Shown here: positions 1-9,608 of the stretch, one piece after another | How the letters are laid out: each line of letters starts with the position of its first letter | How positions within the stretch are numbered: position 1 is the stretch's first letter | Source: an uncultured Candidatus Rokubacteria bacterium | GTDB taxonomy: Bacteria; Methylomirabilota; Methylomirabilia; Rokubacteriales; CSP1-6 | Assembly: GCA_963754315.1 (NCBI GenBank) | Contig: CAVWFS010000008.1 | Span: forward strand, 32,001 to 96,000 | Direction: 5' to 3' | Length of the DNA: 64,000 nucleotides | Translations under genes and position numbers: made by a program | The notes under the pieces: model-generated | Database searches by the model: none | The model's input: the letters and a program-made list of their open reading frames with translations, nothing else | What the model was told of the DNA's origin: nothing

Positions 1-2112
1 GGGATCGGCATTCTGCATGGGGAAGTTCAGGAGGGCTTTCGGGTTGTTGAAGGTGTCGACCCGTCCCGGGCCCGCTGACCTGGGATCAATGAACAGGAGA
101 CGATCCCGGACCATGATCAAGCGGTTGCGCATGAGGGGAACCGCGAGATAGCCAACGAGCAAGCGATTGAGCAGGTCGTCGGGCTTGACGACCTCCCGGT
201 GCGGGGCCGTCTCCATCTTCCGGATCTGAGCGAGCAGGATCGCCGGGGCGAACTTCTCGCTCAACGGAATGTCCATCAGGAACTGCGAGAAGGCGCCAAG
301 GTCGAAGGTATTGGCTGGCATGCCAGCGATCACCCGCGGGGGAGCGCCGGGCGCGTCCCGCACCGTGCCCGTGTGGCAGACGGCGCAGTTCAGGAACACC
401 CGCTCGAGGCCCTGGACGTTGCGCCGCGACATCCCGACCGGCAGGTCGTAGCGCGGGTCCGCCCCCGGCTCGTAGATCATCCCGAACGCGGCGTAGCCGC
501 GGCCGGGCTTCTTGTCGGGCAGGTATTCCGGGAAAAGCTCCGGAAGGGCGACCCAGATCCAGTAGGGGAATCCCGACATGCGCTCGCCGCCGGTCGACCC
601 GTGCTTGAAATGGTCGACGTCGGCGGCGTAGTCGACCGGGCGGTCGCCGGTGAGCCGTGCGGCCAGATAGAGGCCGGAGAGCACGGCCAGGGCGAGGACT
701 ACGAGACACGCGGTCCGCAGCCACCGGCGCCATCGAGGCGCCGTGGAGACCACTTCAGCGGGCGCGTTCATGGCGGGGGTCGAGTCTTCGAGGAGGGGAC
801 TCGGAGGCTGACGGAGGTACCGCGCCAGCCGCGTGAAGAGGCCTTCGTTCTCGCGGCGGGGACGCTCCTGGCCGCTGGGCGGGCGGTTCTGGACACTCGC
901 GGGGTAGACGCTCCGCCGCAGGTCGGTCAGGAAGCCGTGGGGGACGAACCCGCGCCCCGCGACTGGATCGAAATGCAGCGCTTCCTGGTCGATCTGGATC
1001 TCCTCCTCGAAGCGGATCTCCGCGAAGGGCACGAAGGGCTTCGGGCCGTCAGAGACGTGCTGAGCTTCGATCCGGATGACCGCGTGGCCGGCCACCGCCT
1101 GGGTGAGGCGCTCTTCGCGGGCGGCGCCATCGTTCGCGATGCCCGGCGTGAGGCCGCTCGTGCCGAGGTCCGGGACGAACCGGATCCAGACATCGAGCTG
1201 GGTGTTGTCGATCCGGTACGGGACCTGGGCAAAGTAGAGGTTCTGGAAGTAGTCGAACTTACGGAGGCCGAACATCCAGCCTCCCGTCGCGAGGTTGACG
1301 AGGAGCTTCCATAGCCGATCGCCACCGGCGGTGCAGAGCAGGTCGAGGTCCTCGCCTGGCCGCCGCTGAATCGGGACCTCACCTGGCGCCGCGGCGGAGA
1401 AGAAACGCGTCGCGATGCTCGGCGCATCAGGGAGCAGGTCCGCCAGCCAACGCGGCCATCCCCTCTTCACGAGGCCCATGCCGATGCGCAGAAGAACCGT
1501 GCTACCCGCCAGATGCCCGGCGGCCCGCGCGAGGCCGGGGTCCGCGGGCTCTAGTGAACGGACGGTGCCGCGGAACGTTCTCCCGTCGGGGTGGAACGTG
1601 CGCGCGTTGCGGACCACGCCGCTGGTGAAGCCGAAGAAGCCGGCCGCCATCTTCGCGCCGAGCGGGGGGTGCCCGGCGCCCTCGGCGCCGCGGGCGGCAG
1701 TTCGCCACGCCGACAACGTCCACAGGAACCCCACGAAATCGGTGATCGAGAAGGCCAAAGCCAGCGCGCCCGGCAGGATGTCCCGGTACCAGAGGATCGC
1801 CATGATCACCGGCACGAACGGCCGATCGAGCAGCGAAGCGAAGGCGAACTCCTGTGAGTTCAGGCGTCCGCTTACCACGTAGAGCGCGCCCAGGCCGCAG
1901 ACCAGCAGGCCGGCCAGCCGGAGATAGTTTGCGCCCTGCAGGGTGAGCGGCGGCAGGCTCAACAGCAGCTCGACCAGGCCCGGGGCGATGAGGATGACGA
2001 GTCCAAGGACCAGATCGACCCACCCGAAGACTTCTACCGTCCGGGCGACGCGGGTCTGCCCGCCGGCTTTCCAGAGGCGATGGAACATCTCGCTCAGCGC
2101 AGGCGTCGGCAT
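1..2112 (-). CDS. Membrane fusion protein: 4TM + catalase-like domain + TM + RoxA/MauG-like cytochrome c domain (3' end outside window)
   Basis: Manual translation is open from ATG 2112 to base 1 (704 codons, no stop), so it is absent from the ORF track. Four hydrophobic helices; RTFHPDG and LRRSVYPASVQNR (catalase-fold His and proximal Tyr motifs); RWRRWLR + TM; then DHFKHGSTGGE, CAVCH, GPGRVDTFN. Confidence 0.8.
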   Translation of the reverse strand, partial: MPTPALSEMFHRLWKAGGQTRVARTVEVFGWVDLVLGLVILIAPGLVELLLSLPPLTLQGANYLRLAGLLVCGLGALYVVSGRLNSQEFAFASLLDRPFVPVIMAILWYRDILPGALALAFSITDFVGFLWTLSAWRTAARGAEGAGHPPLGAKMAAGFFGFTSGVVRNARTFHPDGRTFRGTVRSLEPADPGLARAAGHLAGSTVLLRIGMGLVKRGWPRWLADLLPDAPSIATRFFSAAAPGEVPIQRRPGEDLDLLCTAGGDRLWKLLVNLATGGWMFGLRKFDYFQNLYFAQVPYRIDNTQLDVWIRFVPDLGTSGLTPGIANDGAAREERLTQAVAGHAVIRIEAQHVSDGPKPFVPFAEIRFEEEIQIDQEALHFDPVAGRGFVPHGFLTDLRRSVYPASVQNRPPSGQERPRRENEGLFTRLARYLRQPPSPLLEDSTPAMNAPAEVVSTAPRWRRWLRTACLVVLALAVLSGLYLAARLTGDRPVDYAADVDHFKHGSTGGERMSGFPYWIWVALPELFPEYLPDKKPGRGYAAFGMIYEPGADPRYDLPVGMSRRNVQGLERVFLNCAVCHTGTVRDAPGAPPRVIAGMPANTFDLGAFSQFLMDIPLSEKFAPAILLAQIRKMETAPHREVVKPDDLLNRLLVGYLAVPLMRNRLIMVRDRLLFIDPRSAGPGRVDTFNNPKALLNFPMQNADP

Positions 2113-2190
2113 GGTCTTCGGCCCTCCCCCGCGGCATGCCACCCTCGAGAGGAGGACAAGCCGTCAGTTGCATTGCAGACGCGTCTCTTC

Positions 2191-2220
2191 ATTGAGCGCG
2201 ACTTTTTACAGGAATGTCAA
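2191..2220 (-). promoter_or_regulatory. Putative sigma70 promoter of the fusion gene
   Basis: Minus strand TTGACA-N18-CTCAAT in an AT-richer spacer. Confidence 0.4.
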
Positions 2221-2285
2221 ACATACATAGCCCCGAGGCGACGAGCCCGAGGGGCGCTCCCCGAGGGGCCACTATTTCAGCGCAT

Positions 2286-2315
2286 TTGACAGGTGTCTCT
2301 ATCGGCACCCATACT
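2286..2315 (+). promoter_or_regulatory. Putative sigma70 promoter of the cytochrome operon
   Basis: TTGACA-N18-CATACT upstream of the RBS GGAGGAG and ATG 2371. Confidence 0.45.
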
Positions 2316-2370
2316 TTTCGTCACGGCTTGCCAGCGCCCTTCGGCGGCGCCTCCTGGGGAGGAGCAGGTC

Positions 2371-4809
2371 ATGAGATGGATGTGGGCAACCATCGGCGTC
2401 CCGGTCCTGCTTGGGCTCACCTTGGTCACCTCGATCTCGCAAAGCCCCCGATCGTTTCAGTCGCCTGGCTATCAGGAGAGTGAGCGGGGCCTGACACCCT
2501 CGGAGCGCGCTGGCCGCGCCATCTGGTTCTACGCGACGGCCGGCAACGACCGATTCCATACGTACACCTTCCAGCAACGGTTGGGCGTCATGATCGATTG
2601 GTTCCGCGTGCTGAATTCCGAGTCCCGCCCAGAACGATTCCGCACGTGGGGGCTCATCAACGATCCCGATTGCTGCACGCCCGGATCGCCGAACTGTCCC
2701 GCCAAGAGCCTCGAAGAGACCTATGGTTTCGACTGGTGCCCGGGAGACGAGACCCTCCTGACCTTCGTAGGTAAGACGGGCTATCGCGACCCCGCCTGTG
2801 ATCTCGAGGACGCCCCTCTGGCCGCCGACGACAAGCATGGGCCGAAGGACCAGCGGCAGTCCGCGTGCGATCTGGCCTTCGGCACGTCTACCGGCGTCCT
2901 CGGGTTCCGGAAGTTTCCCAATCCGCGCTTCAACATCGAGCAGTGGAAGCGAATCAACGACGGCAAGCTCGGCACCTGGGTCGGATACAACCGTCGCCTG
3001 AGCCCGGACCCCACCCGGTCCGATGTGCGGGTCTCTCGCCTCTCGGATGGCTCCATCGAGCCGCCCTTCCGGGTCGGCATGGCCTGCGGCGGCTGCCACA
3101 TCGCGTTCAATCCGCTGAATCCTCCCAAGGATCCGGCCGCCCCCGCCTGGGCCAACATCGATGGCACGGTCGGCAACCAGTACCTCCGGGTGTCGGAGAT
3201 GTTCGTGTCGGGCATGCCCCAGGACAGCCTCGAGTGGCAAGTGTTCACGGTGGCCCGACCGGGCGCGGTGGACACCTCGGGGATCCCGACTGATCAGGTC
3301 AACAATCCCGGCACCATGAACGCCATCATCAATATCGCCCGCCGGCCACGTTTCGCGGAGGACGTAGACAAGTGGCGAAAAGTCTCTGGCTGTCCGGCCG
3401 GGGCCAGCGAACGCACCTGCTGGTGCGAGCCGGGCAAGGCGGGCAAGTGCTGGGAGAAGAGCGTGAAGCGCGAGGAGATTCGCCACATTCTCAAGGGGGG
3501 AGAGGACAGCATCGGTGATAAAGAGGCGGTGCAGCGCGTCTACTTCAATATCGGCAGCTGTGCCGAGGCGTGCTGGGTGAATCACCTGACGAGCTTGCGC
3601 GAGCTCGATCCCTCACAGCGAGGGTTCGGCCAGACCCCCTTCGACATCGGGCAGTGCCGGCGCGACTGTCCCAACTTCCGGGCCATCGAAGACCGGCTTG
3701 ACGATATCGTCAACTTTCTGTTGACGGGACGACCCACCGATCTCTATGTGGCGAGGGGGCTGAAAGACCAGCGCGACCTCGTCGAACAGTTGGACCGAGA
3801 GTTCGGCGCCGGCTCGGTCTCCCGCGGTCGGGCGGTGTTCGCTGACAATTGCGCCCGCTGTCACTCGAGCCAGGCCGAGCCGTTCCAGGCCCGCGACTTT
3901 CGGGCCCCCGCCGCCGAGCCTGGACAGACCACCGTGCGCGCCGACTGGCTGGGGAACGACAAGCCGACACCCGTCACCGAGGTGGGAACCTACCGCGCCC
4001 GCGCGCTCCACTCGAACCACATGGCCGGCCACCTGTGGGAGGAATACGCGTCCCTCACCTATCGGCAGCGCCCCCCCGAAGCGAACATCAAGGAACCGGC
4101 CGACGGCGGCCGCGGGTACTACCGGAACCTCTCTCTCCTCAGCGTGTGGGCCCACGCTCCCTTCATGCACAACAACGCCATCGGCCCAGAGTTGTGCGGC
4201 GCCCCTGGTAACCCGGCGGATCTCTACCGGAATCCCTACGTCGACGGGAACGGAAAGTTGCTCGCCAATCCACCGCCGTGCTGGGCCTTCGATCCGAGCG
4301 TGAAAGGCCGCTACGAGCTCTTCAAGGCCTCGATGGAAGATCTGCTCAACCCGAGCCGACGCATCCCCAAGATGGTCGTGCTCAACGTCGACGTGCCCAT
4401 CGATGTGGGGCCGAAATTCTTGGACGGCGAGAAGGAAAAGAAGCTGATCGGTCTGGAGCTCACGGTCCCCAAGGGAACGCGCTCGTGGGTGCTGGGCAAT
4501 CTGCTGTACAAGCAGCTGGTCATCGATCTCGTGCTGGCCAAGACGGATCCCGAGAAGCTCAAAGCCAAGTACACCAAGCGCTTCGGCGCTGCCGAGTCGG
4601 AACGGATCGCCACCTCGCTGCGCGAGATGGCCGACGAGGTCCGCCGGTCGCCCCGTCAAGTGCTGGGGATCGCGAATCAACGGCTCCCATTGCTCATGAC
4701 GCTCTACAGCACCAGCACCGCGGACATCGAGAACAGCGGGCACCGCTTCGGCGAGGATCTAGCGGAGCGTGACAAGAAGGCGCTCATCGCCTTCCTGGCC
4801 ACGCTGTAG
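2371..4809 (+). CDS. Exported Cys-rich di-haem cytochrome c, RoxA/MauG/bCcP-like
   Basis: N-terminal hydrophobic segment; CGGCH and CARCH; SVWAHAPFMHNN and C-terminal NSGHRFG...DKKALIAFLATL motifs; RBS before ATG 2371. Confidence 0.8.
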   Translation: MRWMWATIGVPVLLGLTLVTSISQSPRSFQSPGYQESERGLTPSERAGRAIWFYATAGNDRFHTYTFQQRLGVMIDWFRVLNSESRPERFRTWGLINDPDCCTPGSPNCPAKSLEETYGFDWCPGDETLLTFVGKTGYRDPACDLEDAPLAADDKHGPKDQRQSACDLAFGTSTGVLGFRKFPNPRFNIEQWKRINDGKLGTWVGYNRRLSPDPTRSDVRVSRLSDGSIEPPFRVGMACGGCHIAFNPLNPPKDPAAPAWANIDGTVGNQYLRVSEMFVSGMPQDSLEWQVFTVARPGAVDTSGIPTDQVNNPGTMNAIINIARRPRFAEDVDKWRKVSGCPAGASERTCWCEPGKAGKCWEKSVKREEIRHILKGGEDSIGDKEAVQRVYFNIGSCAEACWVNHLTSLRELDPSQRGFGQTPFDIGQCRRDCPNFRAIEDRLDDIVNFLLTGRPTDLYVARGLKDQRDLVEQLDREFGAGSVSRGRAVFADNCARCHSSQAEPFQARDFRAPAAEPGQTTVRADWLGNDKPTPVTEVGTYRARALHSNHMAGHLWEEYASLTYRQRPPEANIKEPADGGRGYYRNLSLLSVWAHAPFMHNNAIGPELCGAPGNPADLYRNPYVDGNGKLLANPPPCWAFDPSVKGRYELFKASMEDLLNPSRRIPKMVVLNVDVPIDVGPKFLDGEKEKKLIGLELTVPKGTRSWVLGNLLYKQLVIDLVLAKTDPEKLKAKYTKRFGAAESERIATSLREMADEVRRSPRQVLGIANQRLPLLMTLYSTSTADIENSGHRFGEDLAERDKKALIAFLATL

Positions 4810-4819
4810 GAGGGGGCCC

Positions 4820-5710
4820 ATGCGGTACTTTCTGGGCATCGTCGTGGTCCCCCTCCTGATCGTCTCGAGTCTGGCTGTTGGCGCCTGGTACCTGTGGGGA
4901 CGGTCGCCTCGTCCTCCCGAGATCGCCTTCACCCCCTACCAGGACGGCTACCAGACGAAGCCCGATTTCGCCCGTCTGGAGCATGAACTGCCTCTCACTC
5001 CCGTCCAGCTGTCGGCGATCACGCCTCAGAGCCTCAAGGCCCTGGACCAGGAGCAGATCAACCAGCTGTACGCGCGCCTCACGGCAGGTCCGATCCCCGA
5101 CGGGCCCTTCCGGGGCGATCTGTTCTTCCCGAGAGGCACCAGCGGTGACCCTCGTCTGGCCGAGATCGTCGGCGGGCTCAAGGGGCTCGGCCTCGAGATC
5201 GGGACCCTCAAGGCAGAAGTGCTTGGGCGCACGCTCTGGAAAGGGAAGGTCTTCTACCGAGACCAGCGTGTCCTGCGTAATCGAATCGACGATCTCGCCG
5301 TCCTCAAGCCCGTAATCGGTGGGGAGACCGACAAGATTCAGCGTCTGCCGTTCGACGGAAAGACCACGTGGCTGCTCATCCCGGCCAAGCTCTACTGCGG
5401 GCAAAGCCTGCTCGATGGCCGCCGCGAATCCATCATCATTGACTACGCGTTCAACGACGACATCGAAGGATATCGCGAGAACCCCGATTTCCTGGCCGGC
5501 CGGCGGGGCCTGGCCATCCGCGACGAGATTCGCATGGTGCACCCTGGCTTTTATCTGGGCCGCGCCTACATGAAGGGTGTGTTCCTCCTGAACTTCACCC
5601 TGGAAAACGACGAGATTGCCAAGCGCGACACGTCGGCCTTCGTCAACACCGGCAAGATTGCCGAGGACTGCTGGGTCGGCACCCAGAGGGTGGTCACCCT
5701 GCCTCGGTGA
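4820..5710 (+). CDS. Membrane-anchored conserved hypothetical protein
   Basis: RBS AGGAGG; N-terminal TM; motifs WKGKVF, SLLDG..SIIIDY, IRDEIRMVHPGFYLG. Confidence 0.75.
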   Translation: MRYFLGIVVVPLLIVSSLAVGAWYLWGRSPRPPEIAFTPYQDGYQTKPDFARLEHELPLTPVQLSAITPQSLKALDQEQINQLYARLTAGPIPDGPFRGDLFFPRGTSGDPRLAEIVGGLKGLGLEIGTLKAEVLGRTLWKGKVFYRDQRVLRNRIDDLAVLKPVIGGETDKIQRLPFDGKTTWLLIPAKLYCGQSLLDGRRESIIIDYAFNDDIEGYRENPDFLAGRRGLAIRDEIRMVHPGFYLGRAYMKGVFLLNFTLENDEIAKRDTSAFVNTGKIAEDCWVGTQRVVTLPR

Positions 5711-5722
5711 GCCACGCCCACC

Positions 5723-8077
5723 GTGAGGTTCCCCGCCAACGCGGTCCTCACGGTGGCCCTCCTGGCCGGAGTTCTCGCGACTGCCTGCCGCGACGATCCT
5801 CCAGACGGGAAGCCCACGGCTGCGGTTTCCTCCGCACCGTCTGGCCAGACCGCCACGATGCCAGACTGGGCGGTGGATCCCCACGAGCCCGGGGTGAACT
5901 TGCCGCCGGTCGGTCGATCCCTCTTCGATAGCCTCGTGGCGGCGCCGCCCGGGGAGCCTCCCGCCTACCAGGTTCCGTTTCCGTTCACGGCCCTCACCGG
6001 GGCCATCGAGCGCACGCTCGAGGCCGAGGGTTCACCGTCTCCGCTGAAGCGCGTGCTGTTACCCCTCAACCGATCGCTCCAGCGGAATGCGGCGAGGCCC
6101 GACTTCTTCACGTACCCGCGGGCAGTGGTGGCCGTGGACACCGAGCCCCAAGGGCCCGCCGGGCGCGCGGGTCTCATGCTCAAGGATCGTCTCTTCATCG
6201 GGTATCAGGAGAAGGCCGATATCCTCGAGGTCATCAGCTACAACGAGGCGGCGGGGAGGTTCGAATTCCAGGTCGTCGAGGACTATCGTCGCGACGGGCG
6301 CCGGCGAGTGCTGTACGCGAATCGGGCCATGTGTGTCGTGTGCCATCAGAACCATGCGCCGATTTTTGCGCGGGCTCTCTGGGATGAAACGCAGGCGAAT
6401 CAGGGAATCGCGGCGCGCTTGCATGCCGCGCGGCGATCGTTCTATGGCATTCCTCCCGGGCAAGGCGTGGATGTTCCGTATGCCATCGACAACGCCACCG
6501 ATCGCGCCAATCTCTTTTCCGCGTTCCAGCGAGTGTGGCGCGATGGGTGTGAGGTCTCACGCCGGGAGGGGATCGCCTGCCGGGCCCAGCTGTTCACCTT
6601 GGCCCTCCAGTACCGGCTGAGCGGCGCCCGAGACGTGGACCGACGCGCCGCAGCTTATCGTGACGTGGTGGTCCCGACCCTCCTCCGAGGCTGGCAGCAA
6701 CGCTGGCCCCGCGGCCTCGCCATCCCGAATCCCGACATTCCGAACCGCGATCCCCTGGCCGGCAACCTCGAAGGAAGCCTGGAAGCCGGCCGTCTTTCAG
6801 CTGAAGCGCGCCTGACGATGCTGGTCACGCAGTCGGATGTTCACGCGCGCTTCGAGCCCTCGAGTCCCCGGCCGCCCCTCGAAGTCTGGTCCGTGGCCGC
6901 TGGAGCAGGGGAGGTGATCGATCGCGTGATCGCTGGATTGTCGTGGTTCCTGGCGGCCGACGACATCCGACGCCTCGATCGCCATCTCTTCGCACAAGGG
7001 TTGCGCGCGGGCGCGAGTGAGGAGCGGTACGAGACCCCGTGCGAATACCAGGCCAGCGCGCGCGGCCACGCTGCGTATCGGCTGACGTTCTCGTGTCAGC
7101 CGCCCGAGGGGCAGTCGAACCGCGGCCATTTCGCCCTGGAGGGATTCGTGTATCTCGAGGGAGGGCGGCTCACCGGGGGCACGATCGAGCGCCTCACCGT
7201 GGGCGAGGGAGATGACCTCAAGGATCTCGAGATCGTGGCGGCGCGCGCCCACGGGAAGGGGCCAGTACCCGTGGCTGGGCAAGGCCGCGCCGAGGCCGAG
7301 TGGTCCGTCGATCTTGACGTCGTACAGAGGGACACAGGGCTGCACGCGCGACGCCTGGACGGCCGTGCGGTCCGTCGTCTCACCTTGCGGGCGAATGCAT
7401 CGGTGTTCACCGTGTCACCCCGCGCTTCCGCTGGCCGCGCAATCCTCACCATGGTGGACGACGTCGCACCTCTGCGCGCGGCGCTCGGCCAGTTGGCGAT
7501 CAAGACCGAGGCGAGCGAGATCGACATCTTCGCGGAAGGTCCCTTTCGGCGCGCTCATCTGATGAAAGCCCTCGAGGAGCACCTCGGAGTCCAGCCGTCT
7601 TGCTGCCTCGGCGATCCGAGACTGCCACCGGCCCGCCTCCAGGGCGCTGAGGGACCGGCCGATGTGAATCCGGACGAGGGTGTCGGCGCGGAAGAGCGCG
7701 CCATGACACTGCTCAACCGGTACTGTGGGACGTGCCACCGGACGCCGGCACCGTTCCCTCCGAACTTTCTCGGCAGCAATGACGCGCGAGTGCCCGCGAG
7801 CGTGGGGCAGTGCGCGGAGCGGATCTTCTTCCGCCTGCGCATGTGGCAGCTCGCGCCGCAGGCCCGGCCGAAGGTGCCGATGCCGCCTCTCTCCGCCTTG
7901 CCTCAGCTCGGAATCCCGCTCGAACCATGGCCAGATCATGCCGATCTGCACGCGATGACGGAGCATGTTGGCGGCCTGCTTAGAGCCCAAACCGGTCAGG
8001 AACCTCGGATTGAGGACCTCATGACCCGGAACTACGAGCAGCTGCGCGGCTGTCTGCCCACTCAAACCCGGCGGTGA
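5723..8077 (+). CDS. Di-haem c-type cytochrome lipoprotein, function unknown
   Basis: Signal peptide ending in lipobox-like LATAC; CVVCH and CGTCH; 784 aa. Confidence 0.75.
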   Translation: MRFPANAVLTVALLAGVLATACRDDPPDGKPTAAVSSAPSGQTATMPDWAVDPHEPGVNLPPVGRSLFDSLVAAPPGEPPAYQVPFPFTALTGAIERTLEAEGSPSPLKRVLLPLNRSLQRNAARPDFFTYPRAVVAVDTEPQGPAGRAGLMLKDRLFIGYQEKADILEVISYNEAAGRFEFQVVEDYRRDGRRRVLYANRAMCVVCHQNHAPIFARALWDETQANQGIAARLHAARRSFYGIPPGQGVDVPYAIDNATDRANLFSAFQRVWRDGCEVSRREGIACRAQLFTLALQYRLSGARDVDRRAAAYRDVVVPTLLRGWQQRWPRGLAIPNPDIPNRDPLAGNLEGSLEAGRLSAEARLTMLVTQSDVHARFEPSSPRPPLEVWSVAAGAGEVIDRVIAGLSWFLAADDIRRLDRHLFAQGLRAGASEERYETPCEYQASARGHAAYRLTFSCQPPEGQSNRGHFALEGFVYLEGGRLTGGTIERLTVGEGDDLKDLEIVAARAHGKGPVPVAGQGRAEAEWSVDLDVVQRDTGLHARRLDGRAVRRLTLRANASVFTVSPRASAGRAILTMVDDVAPLRAALGQLAIKTEASEIDIFAEGPFRRAHLMKALEEHLGVQPSCCLGDPRLPPARLQGAEGPADVNPDEGVGAEERAMTLLNRYCGTCHRTPAPFPPNFLGSNDARVPASVGQCAERIFFRLRMWQLAPQARPKVPMPPLSALPQLGIPLEPWPDHADLHAMTEHVGGLLRAQTGQEPRIEDLMTRNYEQLRGCLPTQTRR

Positions 8078-8110
8078 GGAGCCCCCGGCGGCGGCCACCG
8101 AAAGGAGATC

Positions 8111-9589
8111 GTGATGGCGCAAGCGCGAGTTCGTCCGCATGGTCGAATGACGCGAGCGGGCTACGTCAGTGCTGACGTCGAAGCTCCTCCCACCCCCGAC
8201 TACGTCGTCGTCGAGCTGAAGGACCAGGCCACCGTCGCGCCAGCGGGCTCCCGCTTTACGGCGCCGGCCGCCGCCGCGGCGGAAGCAGAGGACTTGAATC
8301 GAGTCTTGGCCCGGTTCGGTATCCGGGCCATGCGTCCGCAGTTCCGGCTTCCTGCCGCCGCGCTCCGGCGCAGGGTTGAAGTCGCCACCGCACGCAGGGC
8401 ACGCTCTGGCGTCAGGGCACGCGCTGATTCGGAGTTCCGCCAATCGAGCTTCGTGCAGATCGTCCCCCGGCGCAGCGCGGATGCCCCCAAGCTGGCGCGC
8501 GCTCTTCAGGGTCGGCCGGCCGTGGCCCAGGCATATGTGGCGCCGCGCCCCGTACCGGCCGGGCTCAGCGGCAGCACGGCCGGCAGCCGGCTGTTCGAGC
8601 CGGCCCAGGGCTATCTCTACGCGGCCCCCAACGGGATCGCCGCCGCCGAGGTCTGGGACCTGGCGGGCGCCCGCGGCAAGGGCATCACCATCTGCGACAT
8701 CGAAGGCGCCTGGAATCTACGGCACGAAGATCTTCCCAGGGGAATCGCGCTGATTGGCGGCACCATGCTCGCCGATCTCGGCTGGCGTAATCACGGGACG
8801 GCTGTCCTCGGCGAGATGGTGTCGCGGCGCGACGCCCGAGGGACCGTCGGCATCAGCGCCGACGCCAAGGCGGTGGTGCAGTCGGCCTTCATCGACGGAG
8901 TGTTCAATCTTCCGGCCGCTCTCACCAACGCCGCCGACCGCCTGACAAAGGGCGACGTGATCCTGATCGAGCTGCAAGCCGACGGCCCCAACGGCAAGTA
9001 CGTCGCCATGCAGTACTGGGACGACATCTTCACGGCCATCCAGGTGGCCACCGAACGCGGCATCACCGTGGTGGAGGCGGCCGGCAACGGCAACGAGAAC
9101 TTCGGTCTGCCGATCTTCAATGGGACAGGACTCCAGAAAGACAGCGGCGCCATCGTGGTGGGAGCGGGTGTTCCACCTGCCAACCACGTCGACTTCGACG
9201 GGTTCGGGTCTGCGCTACCCTCCTATACCTCGCTCGGCGTTCCGCGCTCGCGCATCTTCTTCTCCAACTACGGAAGGATCGTCAACGTCCAGGCGTGGGG
9301 CTGGCACGTGACGACGCTCGCCTACGGCGACCTCCAGGGAGCGGCGTCGGAGAACCGGTGGTACACCTTGCGGTTCTCGGGGACGTCGAGCGCCTCCCCC
9401 ATCGTGACGGGGGCCGTCGCCTGTCTTCAGGGGCACGCCAAGGCCAAGCTCGGTCATCCGTTGCCGCCGGCCAAGGTGCGGGCGATACTGATGGCGACGG
9501 GCACGCTGCAGCGGCCGGGCCCGAGCGTGCCGCTCAGCCAGCATATCGGCCCCCAGCCGAATCTGGTCAAGGCGATGACCAAGGTGTAG
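8111..9589 (+). CDS. S8 family (subtilase) serine peptidase with N-terminal prodomain
   Basis: Catalytic motifs DIEG, HGTAVLG, AAGN, GTSSASP; RBS AAGGAG; no clear signal peptide. Confidence 0.9.
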   Translation: MMAQARVRPHGRMTRAGYVSADVEAPPTPDYVVVELKDQATVAPAGSRFTAPAAAAAEAEDLNRVLARFGIRAMRPQFRLPAAALRRRVEVATARRARSGVRARADSEFRQSSFVQIVPRRSADAPKLARALQGRPAVAQAYVAPRPVPAGLSGSTAGSRLFEPAQGYLYAAPNGIAAAEVWDLAGARGKGITICDIEGAWNLRHEDLPRGIALIGGTMLADLGWRNHGTAVLGEMVSRRDARGTVGISADAKAVVQSAFIDGVFNLPAALTNAADRLTKGDVILIELQADGPNGKYVAMQYWDDIFTAIQVATERGITVVEAAGNGNENFGLPIFNGTGLQKDSGAIVVGAGVPPANHVDFDGFGSALPSYTSLGVPRSRIFFSNYGRIVNVQAWGWHVTTLAYGDLQGAASENRWYTLRFSGTSSASPIVTGAVACLQGHAKAKLGHPLPPAKVRAILMATGTLQRPGPSVPLSQHIGPQPNLVKAMTKV

Positions 9590-9608
9590 GGCCCCCAGGA
9601 GAGACCGC

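Noticed and set aside
1..771. Separate cytochrome gene starting at ATG 771
   Set aside because: No upstream in-frame stop and no SD; the frame is continuous from 2112.
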